DNA of 64,000 bases from Chrysomallon squamiferum (Eukaryota > Animalia > Mollusca). A program made the translations under genes and the position numbers. Shown piece by piece: positions 42,935-56,230 of this stretch (position 1 is the first letter of the stretch; each line of letters begins with the position of its first letter). Location: positions 38,750,001 through 38,814,000 of the forward strand of contig CM022665.1 in the NCBI GenBank assembly GCA_012295275.1. The letters run 5' to 3'. The notes beneath the pieces were generated by a model that worked only from the letters and a program-made list of their open reading frames with translations, searched no databases and had not been told where the DNA came from.

Positions 42935-43057
42935 AATAATAATAATAATAATAATAGCAAAACAGCAGCAGTAGTAATAGAAGTAGAAACAGTAGCAATA
43001 GTAGTAGTAGCAGTAGCAGTAGTAGTAGTAGTGGTAGTGGTAGTGGTAGTGGTAGTG

Positions 43058-43088
<31 letters not shown>

Positions 43089-43150
43089 CAGCAGCAGCAG
43101 CAGCAGAAGTTTTTTGTTATATTGGTGATGGTGGCAGTGGTGTTGTAGAA
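42935..43150. repeat. Compound trinucleotide microsatellite (AAT)n/(TAG)n/(CAG)n
   Basis: 3-bp periodicity. Confidence 0.93.
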
Positions 43151-44758
43151 CTGAAATTTTATAAAATGTGAATTTATCTGAGATAATATTAAATCAGGAA
43201 CCCAGTTCATATTAATCTTTTTTTTATTTTGCTAGCTCCACGATAAAATAAATAAATAAATAAATAAATAAATAAATCATAGAGAAACAAACAAATAAAC
43301 AAGCATTTCCTTGATTTTGTTCCATTCTCATTTTCTTAAAATTATTTTAACACTGCATTAAAATATAATTAAACACTGAAAACGTTGTTTTTTACATTAA
43401 ATATCAGAATTATTATTATGAAGAATCGATAATAATAAAGAAATGATGAAGAATTACTGCCCAACATGTGAGTGCGGAATTTGTTTGTTATTTACTTTTC
43501 AGTTACTCCAGTATTTACTTGCCATGTTGGTAAATATAAAAAACGTTGACAAATAGTGATAATATTTCTTGCTGCAGTAATTGTCTTTAAGAGATATAAG
43601 ATCAAACCGAAAGATAAAATTGTCGTTATTTTTATTATTATTATTATTATTTCTTTCTCAGTGCATGAGAATGTACAGTTATGTTTATATGTTACATATT
43701 TCGTTTGTATGTATGTATGTATGCATGTATGTATGAATGAATGAATGAATGAATATAAAAGTATGCATGTGTGTATGTTTTGATCTATTTACATGTATTT
43801 ATGTATTTATAGATGTGTACTTTTGTGTGTCTGTTTGTTGCTCCTTGTAATTATACATAAACGACCACTGCCTTATGCAATCCTCAAAAGGTAACACTAT
43901 GAAAACCATAATTACAGTCGACTTTTCACAAATTAAATACATATCTTTGTTACAGTGTAGAGCATTTTATTAGATTGCATTTTCAAGAGAAAAATAAGCT
44001 TATAAAATACAGTTTGATATTCATATTTCAAAAACATATCCTGTGTTTTATTCATTTAAGTGCAATATTAAATAAAGTTTTAAAATATTAATGTTTTGCA
44101 ATATTCTTACAAGTGTATTTGTTTGCACACTGCAGTAGTGTAAGTACTTGAGATAAGCATTAAAAAAAAAAATTAGTTTTGTTTTAGATGCATTAAAACG
44201 TACATTAATAACAGGAAAAAGATTATGAATATAATTATTGTAAGGAATGTGTGGGTTTAAACAAAATAAAATAAAATAAACAAATGAACAAACAAACAAA
44301 CAAATAAACAAATAAATAAATAATGAAAAAATTTATTATAGTAATAATAATATTATTATTATTATATTACAGCTTACTAGATAGAAAATCAGTTTATCCA
44401 AAAATTTTATAACCTTTAAAAAGTATTGAAATGTTTTGGCTTTAAAAAGATGAGTTGCCAAAATATATTGCTTATGATAAATGTTTCTTTTTCTTTTCTT
44501 TTTTTCTTCTTTTCAGTGAATTCAGTATCTTTTAATATAACACTGAATAGATTCTTTCTTTTTCTTCTTCGTTAAGAAAAAAAATATTACTTGTTAATTG
44601 TGTATCTTTATAATATTAAGGTAGGAATACAGTGTTTGAAATAATAATGTTTCAATTTTTAAAAGATAGATAAATGGTACGTAGTCGATAGTTTGGATTT
44701 GTAAATAATTAATGTATCTCACATTTTAAGACTGCGGAGTATCTGCAGAATATTTTTT

Positions 44759-44793
<35 letters not shown>

Positions 44794-45375
44794 TTAATCT
44801 TAGTACTATCACAGTTAATCCTACTAAGATGGCTATTAATATCAGTATAATAATCACGAATCAAATAACGCTATTAATATTAATAACAATAATAATTTAT
44901 AATAATAATAACTAACAACAACAATCATAATAATAGTAACAACAACAACAACAATAACAACAACAACAATCAACATTAATAACAGTGCACTTTTATAATT
45001 ATAACGATTATAATGATAATAAATAAATAAACAAATAAACAAGATAAAATATTACGTATAATACGTTACACTTTTACTGGGCCTGTGGACTAGATAGATT
45101 ACCAGACTAACTCCAGTAATACTGTGTGTTTCAAGCACAATTTGCATGTTTTAAACCACAATAAACTCCTATCTAGAGAGTTCAGGTGTATTTACTGTCA
45201 ATATTTCACTGTGTCTTTTGAAAACACTCTGAGTGTGTTTGAAATATGACGTAATTCAGTTGCTTGTACAGTGTTGTGCACTTTACGTTTGACACATAGG
45301 AAGACAAATTTCATAGTCATATTTTTTATCTTGAGGTCATATAATTCATACCGCGCAGCCGAATTGTTGTTCATG

Positions 45376-45420
<45 letters not shown>

Positions 45421-45543
45421 GCTGTTATTATTATCTGCATAAATTATTTCTGAGCAGTAGCATTACCAACAGTATTATTGAAATTTTTATAAAAATAGTT
45501 AACATCGTGAATACTACCACTACTACTACAGCAACTACTACTT

Positions 45544-45574
<31 letters not shown>

Positions 45575-45615
45575 TACTACTATTATTAATCATATAATCA
45601 TAATAATAACAATAA

Positions 45616-45653
<38 letters not shown>

Positions 45654-45843
45654 TTTAATATCTTTATTAAATATTATTTTAGAAGAATAAATAAATAATT
45701 ATAATGCACATACACACGCTCATTTCGACGGATTATCTCAACTACAGTAACGCTAAAACAAAGATACTGAAAAATATTTTAAGCTAAAAAATAAATATTT
45801 AGTCTTTTGAAAATATAAATCATGCAATGAACACAGTTTTATG

Positions 45844-45875
<32 letters not shown>

Positions 45876-46148
45876 TAATAGAGCCATATAATAAAACATT
45901 AGTAGTAGTAGTAGTGGTAGTATCTGTATTATTAGTATTGTTATAAATTGTATTGTTTTTCTGAATTAATACATTTCTAGAAACCAGTTTATCAAAATTC
46001 AGTAATGATTGTCAAGGACAGAATTAAAGACTCAGAAATCTTACATGCTTAAACACATAAAATAGTTTTAACTCTAAAATATTTGATTTTCAGTAAAGAT
46101 ATCAATAAAATATAAATTAAATCGATATGAAAATAATTTTACTTCCCA

Positions 46149-46249
<101 letters not shown>

Positions 46250-46963
46250 GTTATTTTAATAATTATTATTATTATTAATTTTTATAAAATCTCAAAATAT
46301 CTCAGACAGAAAAGTTACAGTAATTTTATTTATCAACGTAACAGATAATTTCATCCTTTTTCTTTTCAAGATAAGCAAACTGTAAATTAATCAATTATTA
46401 TAACAACTAAATTAATATATTAATAATATTATAACTAGTAAATTCATGTTAATAACGATTACTACTTGTAAATTAACTGTATTTAATAAATAAATAATTA
46501 TTATCATAACTACTGAATTAACTAATAGCATTTAACAATAGTAAAAACAACTGTGCAAAGGTGATCGAAAATATCTGTTAATAATATTCTAAATTTGGAA
46601 ATCGAAACTAGAAAGTCTTTAATCAATACTGACTTGTTAATAGTGGTCACGTAAGTTCAGAGATAAGTTGGGTGTATATGTTTACAATTAAGGCTTGTTT
46701 AAGATAAGAACAAAATACATGTCAAGATAACTGTATAGATGAAACACACCGTAATACATATTTTTCATAAGTGAAATGTTATGTACTAATACTGAAGTAA
46801 CTGATTATGATAAACATAATATCATGTTTAAAACCTTTCAGTAAATTAACACTAAAATTACATCTTCGGATAATGCTCGTGTTAGATTAGTTTATAAACA
46901 CAAACATTTTTTAAACCATACATTTAGCTGTGTTTATTTATTTTACTCTCCTTTTTATATTTG

Positions 46964-47026
<63 letters not shown>

Positions 47027-47033
47027 TATTTAT

Positions 47034-47072
<39 letters not shown>

Positions 47073-49123
47073 GTTTGTTAGTTTCATTTCAAGATTTATT
47101 TATTTATGTAGTAATATATTTAATTATAGTCATGGATTATAAATACTGTTTATTTCTTTATTTATAATCATATCTGTATACATTTATTTAATTGTATTGT
47201 TCATTTATTTACAAAACATTTGTCGTAGACCTTTCTTTATCTATTAAAGCAAACTTTTTCTAATTATTTTAGTCATTTTTAGGTAACTTATTTTTGTCTT
47301 TATCCACAAACAAAATAACAAAACGCACACGCACACATTCGTATACACGGATACAACCATTTTTTTTTGAAAATGGCTGTTTTTATTCGTATCTCCCAAA
47401 AAGATATTTTGATAAATATATAATAATTCTTTACAATTCCATACTAACTTCAAATCTTTTAAACCGTACTAACGTTAGCCTACAGCAGACCGTATTTCCC
47501 ATATATATATACCACCATTTTTCTGTGCTATTTTTTTTTTTTTTTTTTTAATTTATATATATATATATATATATATATCCGTAAGTACTTACACTAATTC
47601 TTTATATTATCACGAATGTTTACCTAGTTAATTTTCGAGTTGACAACAAGATATCTTAACCTTAAACGAGCTGAAAAATCAGCGCTTGTCTCGTCAATAT
47701 TCATTTATAGAGTTCTCGTTTATTCATCTCCCAACAGAGACACCATGTCGGCAAACACACGGGTTAAAAAAAAAGAAAAAAAAAAAAGAAAAAAGAAGAT
47801 AATAATATAAAAAAACATAGCCTGAGTTCGTCTCTTAATCTTTCGGCGCCCTAAGATCGCTTCACAATTGCCTGTGTTAGTGGTCGTTTGCTTTTACTTC
47901 GACTTCAAGTGGGTGCTTTCCTTTCATTCAGCGCTTTATTGCAGAATCTTTTACCTACACCTTCTGATATAAACAGCCTAGGTGACCACGGTCAGCGAAT
48001 CGAGGCTCTGTGTAAACTTTACCTATTCTTCTGTCGAGTAGTTTATGGACTAGCGTTACTGAAAAACGTCCCTCCCCGGCAATATTTTAGGACGTATTAC
48101 GACTATAGAAGGAAAATACAAAAGTCGTTGACAGTTTATTATGTTGATTAAGAACGCTGAGCATTTCAGATTCTAATGCATTAAGTACTAAACTCGCCTG
48201 CACGGGTAATGGTCTTAAGTTTTCATACGAAGAGCGATTTAAGTTGAAATATGTACGAGGTGTTTACCGATCGTGTTGATTTGATAAATATATATATTTT
48301 TTTATTATTATTTTCTTTTTTTTTTTTTTTTTTTCTTTTTTTTCTCTGTCCTAAATGCCGTGATATTGTCGAAGTTAAGAGAGGAACATTTTCAGCTCAG
48401 AAAGTTTTTTTTTTTTTTCTTTTTTTTTTAAAAAAGTTTCTGAAATGCAGTTATTTTTCTTTGAGACGTGTTCAGTACGCATTTGTGAATGGAAATGCAT
48501 TTGTCGTGACAAAGCAGATATGTTATAAAGCAAAGGGTAAAATGTTTGCATGTAAATGACATGCAAAATTTTTACCCTCTACTTTCAAGGTTGTTTTTTT
48601 TTTGTTTGTTTTTTTCACAGCAAATAAAAAATTAGTTCTTGGAAATGCAAACATATTCTGCTTTTGAACAAAATAGATCTTTAGTTAATTTATTTCTGAA
48701 GTTTTCATTATAATGAGAGTAAGGACGAGAGAAAAATGGCTATTGATATATTATAATGGATATTTCTTTTTATGCAAAGGTATTTAAAAATGAAACTTAT
48801 TTGCCACACGTACTTTAAAATTAAACTGTTCACTGCGTAGATATTTTTTGTTTGTTTGTTTGTTTGGGTTGCTGTTTTACTATTCATTCATTCATTCTTT
48901 TACTTATTTTTATTTTATTTATTTATTATTTCTTAATTCAAACTGACAAATCCCAGTTAACGAACGAAAATGTTATTGGTCTAATTATAATGAGTAATTA
49001 TGTTCTTTTAAGAAAATATATTTTTAGAAATAAACAAAGACTCTAACCTTCATATAATCTGTTTGATAAATAAATACAACACAACTGTGATAATTTATCA
49101 GTTTAGATAATTTAGTCCTTTGG

Positions 49124-49154
<31 letters not shown>

Positions 49155-49629
49155 CAAATCCTTTATTATTTTCCCCTTCAGTTTTACCATCCACCAAATA
49201 CATAAAGACACAGAGACACACACACACACACACACACACACAAATACACTGTTTCTCTTTACCCTTCGCTCTCCCGGAAATGGTTTTGATTTGAACGTTC
49301 GACAGAGCCATATTCACAATAATAGAAGTTATTATTTAAAATAATTTAGCGCTATAAAACTGGCCATTAAACTTGCGGTCGATTTTTCGGGCAACTAAAA
49401 TGCAATAAATAAATTGCGGCGCGTGTAAAAATCTCTAATGAATCGTATGTCCTTGGCCAGGGGGATGTTTTGGAACTTTTTACAAGTATTTCCGATATGT
49501 TTGCTTTGTCGACGCACGCATGTTATAATAAAACTAATTTCAACAGCGTGTTTGTTGTCCAAGTGCGTATGTGCGTGTGCGGTGGGTGAGTGCGTGTGGT
49601 GTTGGTTTTTTGTCGATTTTTCCGTTTGA

Positions 49630-49666
<37 letters not shown>

Positions 49667-50980
49667 TTTGAAATAAGAATAAAATATATAGATAATCAAA
49701 AATATGAATGAAGAACAGAAATAAATAATGTATTAAGTGAATATATACTAGCATATATACATACATACATATATGTTATTATTATTATCATCATTATTAT
49801 TTATTATCATCATCGAGTTATTATCATCACCATCATCATCATTATTACTATCATTATCATAATTATCATGATTATTATTATTATCATTGTCAACATCATT
49901 GTCGTTTAAATAAATTCTTATGTTTATTTTATTTATCTTCATTTTTAACTTAAAAAATAAACTGCAGATATATTAAATAAAACAAAAATCTGTATATTCA
50001 GCATATTTTTTTAAATTTCCACAATACATTATTTGTTCTATTACAAAAGCGTGCGCGTATTACAAATTCAGACTTCAAAAAAATATTTTCAAAATTACTC
50101 CTTTTATTTATAACTGCGAATTAAAACAAAGTACAATAACTGAAACGAAATATTTGTTTTAATCATCTATTTCATTTTTATTTAATTTCTAGCCCGGTTG
50201 CACTTTGAGTTAATTGTTAATATGCCAGTGCATTTAAACTAGCTGGAAGTTAAATATTTCAGGATGTAACGAGATAAGCTTGAATGATGTCAAATTGCTA
50301 CGTCAGATTATGGGCGTCTTTTGTGGTAATTCAAATGCTGAAATCTTCAGTATTTTTTGTTGTTTTTTTTGTTAGAAAATTGTATTGTTGGATTTCAGTG
50401 CATTCAGACTTAGGAGGCGCCGTGTAGTGTCAACAGTTACTGGGATAAGCCGTGGGCTGGAACATTTTAAACGTTTTTGCCAATAGATATTATTTTAAAG
50501 ATGCCAGAAGAATTGAGTAAAACCACTACAGTTTTAATATTTGAAATAAAAGAACTCATTATTGTAATTTAAAATTGGTTGTTCGAAAAAAAAATCACAT
50601 AATCATAAAAAATGAATCTCTGTTTTATTTAGGAGCCGATTCATATGTATGTGCATGTTACCTACACATAAAAATATGCAGGCATAAATACATGCACAAA
50701 AACTTTATGTACTCTAACACACATTCATGAATGGAAATACTATCGCGCGCATAGATTGATACATATATATTTTAAATTATATAGATAAAATGAGTTACAC
50801 ATTCTTTTCTTCTTTTTTTTAAAATAAGGCATACTCGCTTATGCGTGAATGAATGAATGTGTGTGCGCGCACGTTTTCCATAAACGACATAATCAAATTC
50901 AAACAACGAACCGAAGATGACCCCACAATATTTTATCACGTGTTTTAATTTAATTTGTAAATGTGACAAGATATCCGCAA

Positions 50981-51018
<38 letters not shown>

Positions 51019-51404
51019 ACAAAACTACTGCTGGGTTTTCTTCTTGCGTAAATCTGAACCCCCGTGATAATCTTAATCTTCCCTCGCACCCTGTTCTGAT
51101 AAGAAACTGGGCTACATCGGTAACAACTGATAAGTCCTCCGCTCAAAACCAGATTGAGAGATGAACAATCAATTGTTTACCTGACTAATTCGTTTTAGCA
51201 CTTGGAGAAGGTCGTTCAGATAATGGGTGATTTGAATCAAGTGGTGCTCGAGCGATGCAGTGTTAAAATATGTTTTTAACAAGGATTGAACGTGCGAGGG
51301 TTTAATCAACGATCTTGTTTCTGTTACTGGTTGTTTCAGCGTTGTTATTACATTCCAGTTAGTGCTGCTATTAGAATTATTATTGTTGATATACTGATAC
51401 CAGT

Positions 51405-51504
51405 CCTGCTATTGCTGTTACTACTACTACTACTACTGCTATTGCTGTTACTACTACTACTACTACTGCTGCTAATGCTGTTACTACTGTTGCTAATGCT
51501 GTTA

Positions 51505-51536
<32 letters not shown>

Positions 51537-51560
51537 AACTACTGCTACTACCGCTGCAAC
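51405..51560. repeat. Compound (CTA)n/(CTG)n microsatellite
   Basis: 3-bp periodicity. Confidence 0.92.
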
Positions 51561-51609
51561 CATAAGCACAAACATCGCTATAAAGAATTAAAAAAATCAA
51601 AATTAAAAA

Positions 51610-51642
<33 letters not shown>

Positions 51643-52307
51643 TAATAATAATAATTATTTATTTATTTATCTATTTATTTAGTTTTCTTAAATCGTTTTA
51701 ATTTTTCTTCTTCTTCTCCATGTTTTTTATTTAAATAAATCTGTTTCTATATTTTTGGGGGAGATTTTTTTCTCTGCCTTCAATAAATATTAATTTTACT
51801 GTAAGTCAGTAGAGCATAATATAAGGTTTTTCAGCAAACAAAAGATGTTTTAATTTTGGAAAATTTAATAATATAATGTTAATATAAAACATATTATACA
51901 TCATACACTGATTGCATACATGTATATTATACATATACTCCGCTTCTTGAATAAAATAAATTATTACTGTGATGTCATACAATATGCAGATAATCATTAC
52001 TGGTTTTTGTATTTTATCTTTTCATTTATTTATTTATTTTATTTATTTACTTATTTATCTATTTATTTATTTATTTTATTTTATTTATTTTATTTAATTT
52101 TATTTTATTTATTATTTTATTTATTTATTATATTTGAACTTTTTCTCTTATCTGTTCTTACTTTAGTTACTTTTTTTAAAAGTAAACTGAACATTTTGTC
52201 GGTGTTTTATACAAAACTGTTAATAAAACTGAATAATCCTATGCATCACAAAATCAGTTAAGTTCTTTCGAGAAATTTATTCAGGATTTTTTTTCATCTG
52301 TTTCTAG

Positions 52308-53119
52308 GTATCGCTCACATAACGAATGGAATGATGACGCAAAACGGAGATTCTCAAAATGGACACGACAGTCGACTGGCCTCTCCGGACAAAACGTCCG
52401 ACTCGGTCAAACACGAACCGGACGAGAGCGACTGCAGCGACGACGACAAAGAAAAAGCGGACTCGGATTCTGGCAACGGACAATCAACAAACGGCGACGC
52501 TCCGAAGAAGAGAAAGCGAAGAGTTCTGTTCTCCAAAGCTCAGACGTACGAACTGGAAAGAAGATTCCGCCAGCAGAGATACCTGTCTGCGCCCGAGCGC
52601 GAGCACCTGGCCAGCATCATCAGACTCTCGCCTACGCAGGTGAAAATCTGGTTTCAGAATCACCGCTACAAGCTAAAACGGGCGAGAGCCGAGAAGGGTC
52701 TGACCGAACTGAATCCCTTGCCCTCGCCCAGACGTGTGGCCGTCCCGGTTTTGGTGAAGGACGGAATTCCGTGCCAGAGGCCCAGTGTGAACATTGTCAA
52801 GTCGCAGGACATGCCGATGCAAGGCAGTCTGAACGGAATGAACATGTCGATGGGCAACGGCTTGAGTCACCATCATGGCTCCTACAGCATGGGCAATATG
52901 AACTCGTATCATCCATCCATGGGATCGGCCGGGGCAGGGATAAGTTCGACGCTGGCCAGCACTATGGGTATGAACATGAATATGAACATGAGCTGTGCGT
53001 ACAGCATGAGCTCAGCGTCGATGAACTCTATGAACCTCAACGTTCCCAATGTGAACAGTATGAACGTGCTGCCCGGCTATAGCCACCCACTCATGCAGTC
53101 TCAGAGTTTCAGATGGTAG
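52308..53119 (+). CDS. Nkx2.2: NK2.2/vnd-class homeobox transcription factor, coding exon 2 (homeodomain, NK2-specific domain, C-terminus)
   Basis: Acceptor ttttttttcatctgtttctAG| ends at 52307. The phase-1 junction A+GT = Ser joins in frame (…[16 protein letters not shown]…). Homeodomain 52508-52687 is [60 protein letters not shown], with the NK2-diagnostic Tyr54 and NK2.2-type [19 protein letters not shown]2-[22 protein letters not shown] follows; the protein ends in Trp, with TAG at 53117-53119. Spliced CDS 1059 nt = 352 aa + stop. Confidence 0.96.
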
Positions 53120-53346
53120 CGCCCTCTGTGTGTTTACTTTGTGCCTTCAACAAGAAAGACTTGTGTGACAAGTTTCATAACTCTAGATCTCTCCGTTATG
53201 AGAGACGGTATAATACATTTGCATAATACGTCATCAAAAAAAAAAATATTTCCATGGTATGTAATACGTGAAAGGAAGTCATTAGATTTTGTAAGAGTAT
53301 GAGAAATAATGTATTTCTAAGTCCACTTCAACAGAAAAAAAAAATT

Positions 53347-53406
<60 letters not shown>

Positions 53407-53493
53407 AAATTACAGTTTTCTAAAACAATTATGCGTAAAAACTTACTTAATTATATTTAAAACTGTATTTATATAATGAATTTTTTAAAACCG

Positions 53494-53532
<39 letters not shown>

Positions 53533-53881
53533 CTAAAAGAAATACTTTGCTATTCGAAGTATTTATGTTGTGTATTATATACATTCTTTGGAATATTGAA
53601 TTATCGCATTTATTTTTATTTTTTTAATGAAAAACTTTTCATCCCTAAAACATTTCCGACAACATATCATGGACATGATGCATATTTCTTTATTCATTCT
53701 GTTACCATGTAACAAACGTTTCGTGGGGCGCTATGTTTATGTGCTACTGAGAAGACGAAGAAAAAAAAACAACAACAAAAAAACAACCAACAGAAAACCG
53801 GTTGTCTCAGATAAATCTTTTCATATTTTCGCCGCCTATTCACGACCATTATAATAACGTGAACTATTTAAATCACATAAC

Positions 53882-53916
<35 letters not shown>

Positions 53917-54253
53917 CCTTGTTGTTTCATATATTTTGCAAAACAGTCATGTATATTATGTTGATTTATTTTAGCAATATGTTTTTATTATAACTATGTT
54001 AAGTATTTATTATTACTGTTTGAGTGCTAGATATACTGTGTATGTATTATTAATAATAGCTTCACACACTGTAGTGACATATGTCTGTTACCCACCGTCC
54101 TCGGGCATAATGCCTCAATGCAAATGACAGACAGAATCTGCAATTATGGACCAATCAGAATGCTTGACACACACAAAAATTAAATGTAAAATATTATAGT
54201 GACCAATGAAAATACAGCAACAGCATACGTTTAGATTATAATGGAATATTGTT

Positions 54254-54286
<33 letters not shown>

Positions 54287-54600
54287 TTTCTGAGATCATA
54301 ACTATAGAAATTGGTACAGTTCAGAGATTAAATAGAATCTGATAACAAATCAATGATAAAATTCAATCTCGCTGTAATTCCAGTGCAATTATTAAAGTTT
54401 TATTTGGTACAATAATTTATTTGTATAATATCTAGGGGGAAATTGTAAAATAAATATACAGTCTTGTGTGTAGTCCACCGAAAAGATAACTGAAATATAC
54501 AAACTGCAATAACTGCATCTTGTATAACTACCAATAAAAACGCAGATACAATGTTACATTTAATGTATTAATGTCCAGCGAAATAAACTAACTTTTGTGG
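53120..54600 (+). other. Probable 3' UTR of Nkx2.2
   Basis: AU-rich sequence after the stop codon, with internal A/T homopolymers and a cluster of candidate polyadenylation hexamers (ATTAAA ~54391; AATAAA ~54449, ~54533, ~54582). The true end is uncertain. Confidence 0.45.
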
Positions 54601-55029
54601 TAGAATAAGGTAAAGTATATAATTTGATATATATCATCAAAGATAGAGATAAATAAATTTTAAAAAAAATCTTTATCTAAATAAATATTCCTAGACAATG
54701 TTTTGCTTAACAATCGTAATACATTGAATAATAGATTTCGGAGAACAGAATAACTAGAAGGATTTTTTGCAAATAAATATTTGTCTTTAGAAATCCATGA
54801 AAATCTGTCTTATGCTAATATATATGTCTTTATAAGTCCCGTTTCAAAAGATTGTGATAATACATTCCTCCGTGTTATATTGATAATATATTTCAGAATT
54901 GTTTTCAAAATAAATGCATTTGATCGTGTTCTGAAAATGCATTTAGGAACAAATCTCAAACATGTTAAATGTATAATAAATATTCAAAGTAAATACTTCC
55001 TGGTTTGTTTTCGTTAATACTTTTTTGTG

Positions 55030-55053
55030 ATTTATTATTATTATTATTATTAC

Positions 55054-55093
<40 letters not shown>

Positions 55094-55139
55094 TTATAAT
55101 TATTATTATTATTATTTTGATTATTATTATTATTATTAA

Positions 55140-55180
<41 letters not shown>

Positions 55181-55245
55181 ATAGTAGTAATAGTAATAAT
55201 AATAGTAGTAGTAGTGGTTTTAGTAGTAGTACTAGTAATTATTAT
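55030..55245. repeat. Compound (TAT)n/(TAG)n microsatellite
   Basis: 3-bp periodicity. Confidence 0.93.
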
Positions 55246-55869
55246 TTTTTTTCATTTCGACTGATAAAATTAAAATAGAAAATATAAACCTATTTATTCG
55301 ACAAAGGCACACACCCATTACATAACACAAATCTGAAAACATATCTGTATATTTATCCCACTAATCCACGATAAAATTTCATTTTTTTTTTTTTAAGCTG
55401 CCTGTTATACTAGAAGATACATCTTATACTTTTAATACTTATAAATTCTTTTAGCGGTAGTAAATAGCAAATATTGATGGCAATGTGTGTGTGTTATAAC
55501 ATAAGTATACGAGCTAAGCGTACAAAGTGAAATATTTATATTTTGATTGACCCAGAGCTTAAGCTCAAGTATCTCCACACTTTGGATAATGTAACAAATC
55601 TTCATGTGTAAAAACTAGATAAGATTAAAATCAGTCATTGTCCTGGTATAATAATCTTTTTCACTGTATTTATAACTAGAACCAAGATCGTTTTGAACGG
55701 TATAATCGAGTTGCCATGGATGGATGAAACGCTGATAGCACCCGGTGTGACATGATGCAGACTGGTGTGTACTTGGTGACTAGTATCAGTTTATTACAAA
55801 CCCAGTTTATCCGAGTAATTGTCGCCTCCACCAGGTATTAAGATAGCAGCTTCATTCAGTACAGCTTTG

Positions 55870-55870
<1 letters not shown>

Positions 55871-55962
<92 letters not shown>

Positions 55963-56053
55963 CTTCTCTCGTTTCTCTCTCTCTCTCCCCGTCTTTCTTC
56001 TTTCTTTCATTCTTCTTCTGTCTGCTTTCAGTTTCCTTCTCTCTCTTTCTCTC

Positions 56054-56128
<75 letters not shown>

Positions 56129-56230
56129 CCCTCCCTCCCCTCTATTCTCTATTTCATTCTTCTTCTGACTCGTTTCGGTCTCCTTGACTCTCTCTCTCCC
56201 TCCCTCCCTCCCTCCCCCCCCCCTCTTTCA
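55871..56230. repeat. Long polypyrimidine tract with two (CT)n runs
   Basis: ~360 bp that is almost entirely C/T on the + strand. Confidence 0.95.

Noticed and set aside
52354-53082. Alternative-frame and antisense ORFs overlapping exon 2 (60-103 aa)
   Set aside because: Shadow ORFs expected from GC-rich codon bias of the real Nkx2.2 frame.
53351-53401. ~50-nt poly(A) after the CDS, suggesting a retrocopy or mRNA end
   Set aside because: The gene has an intron and similar A-runs occur throughout the window. It is a genomic tract, but may cause oligo-dT internal priming.
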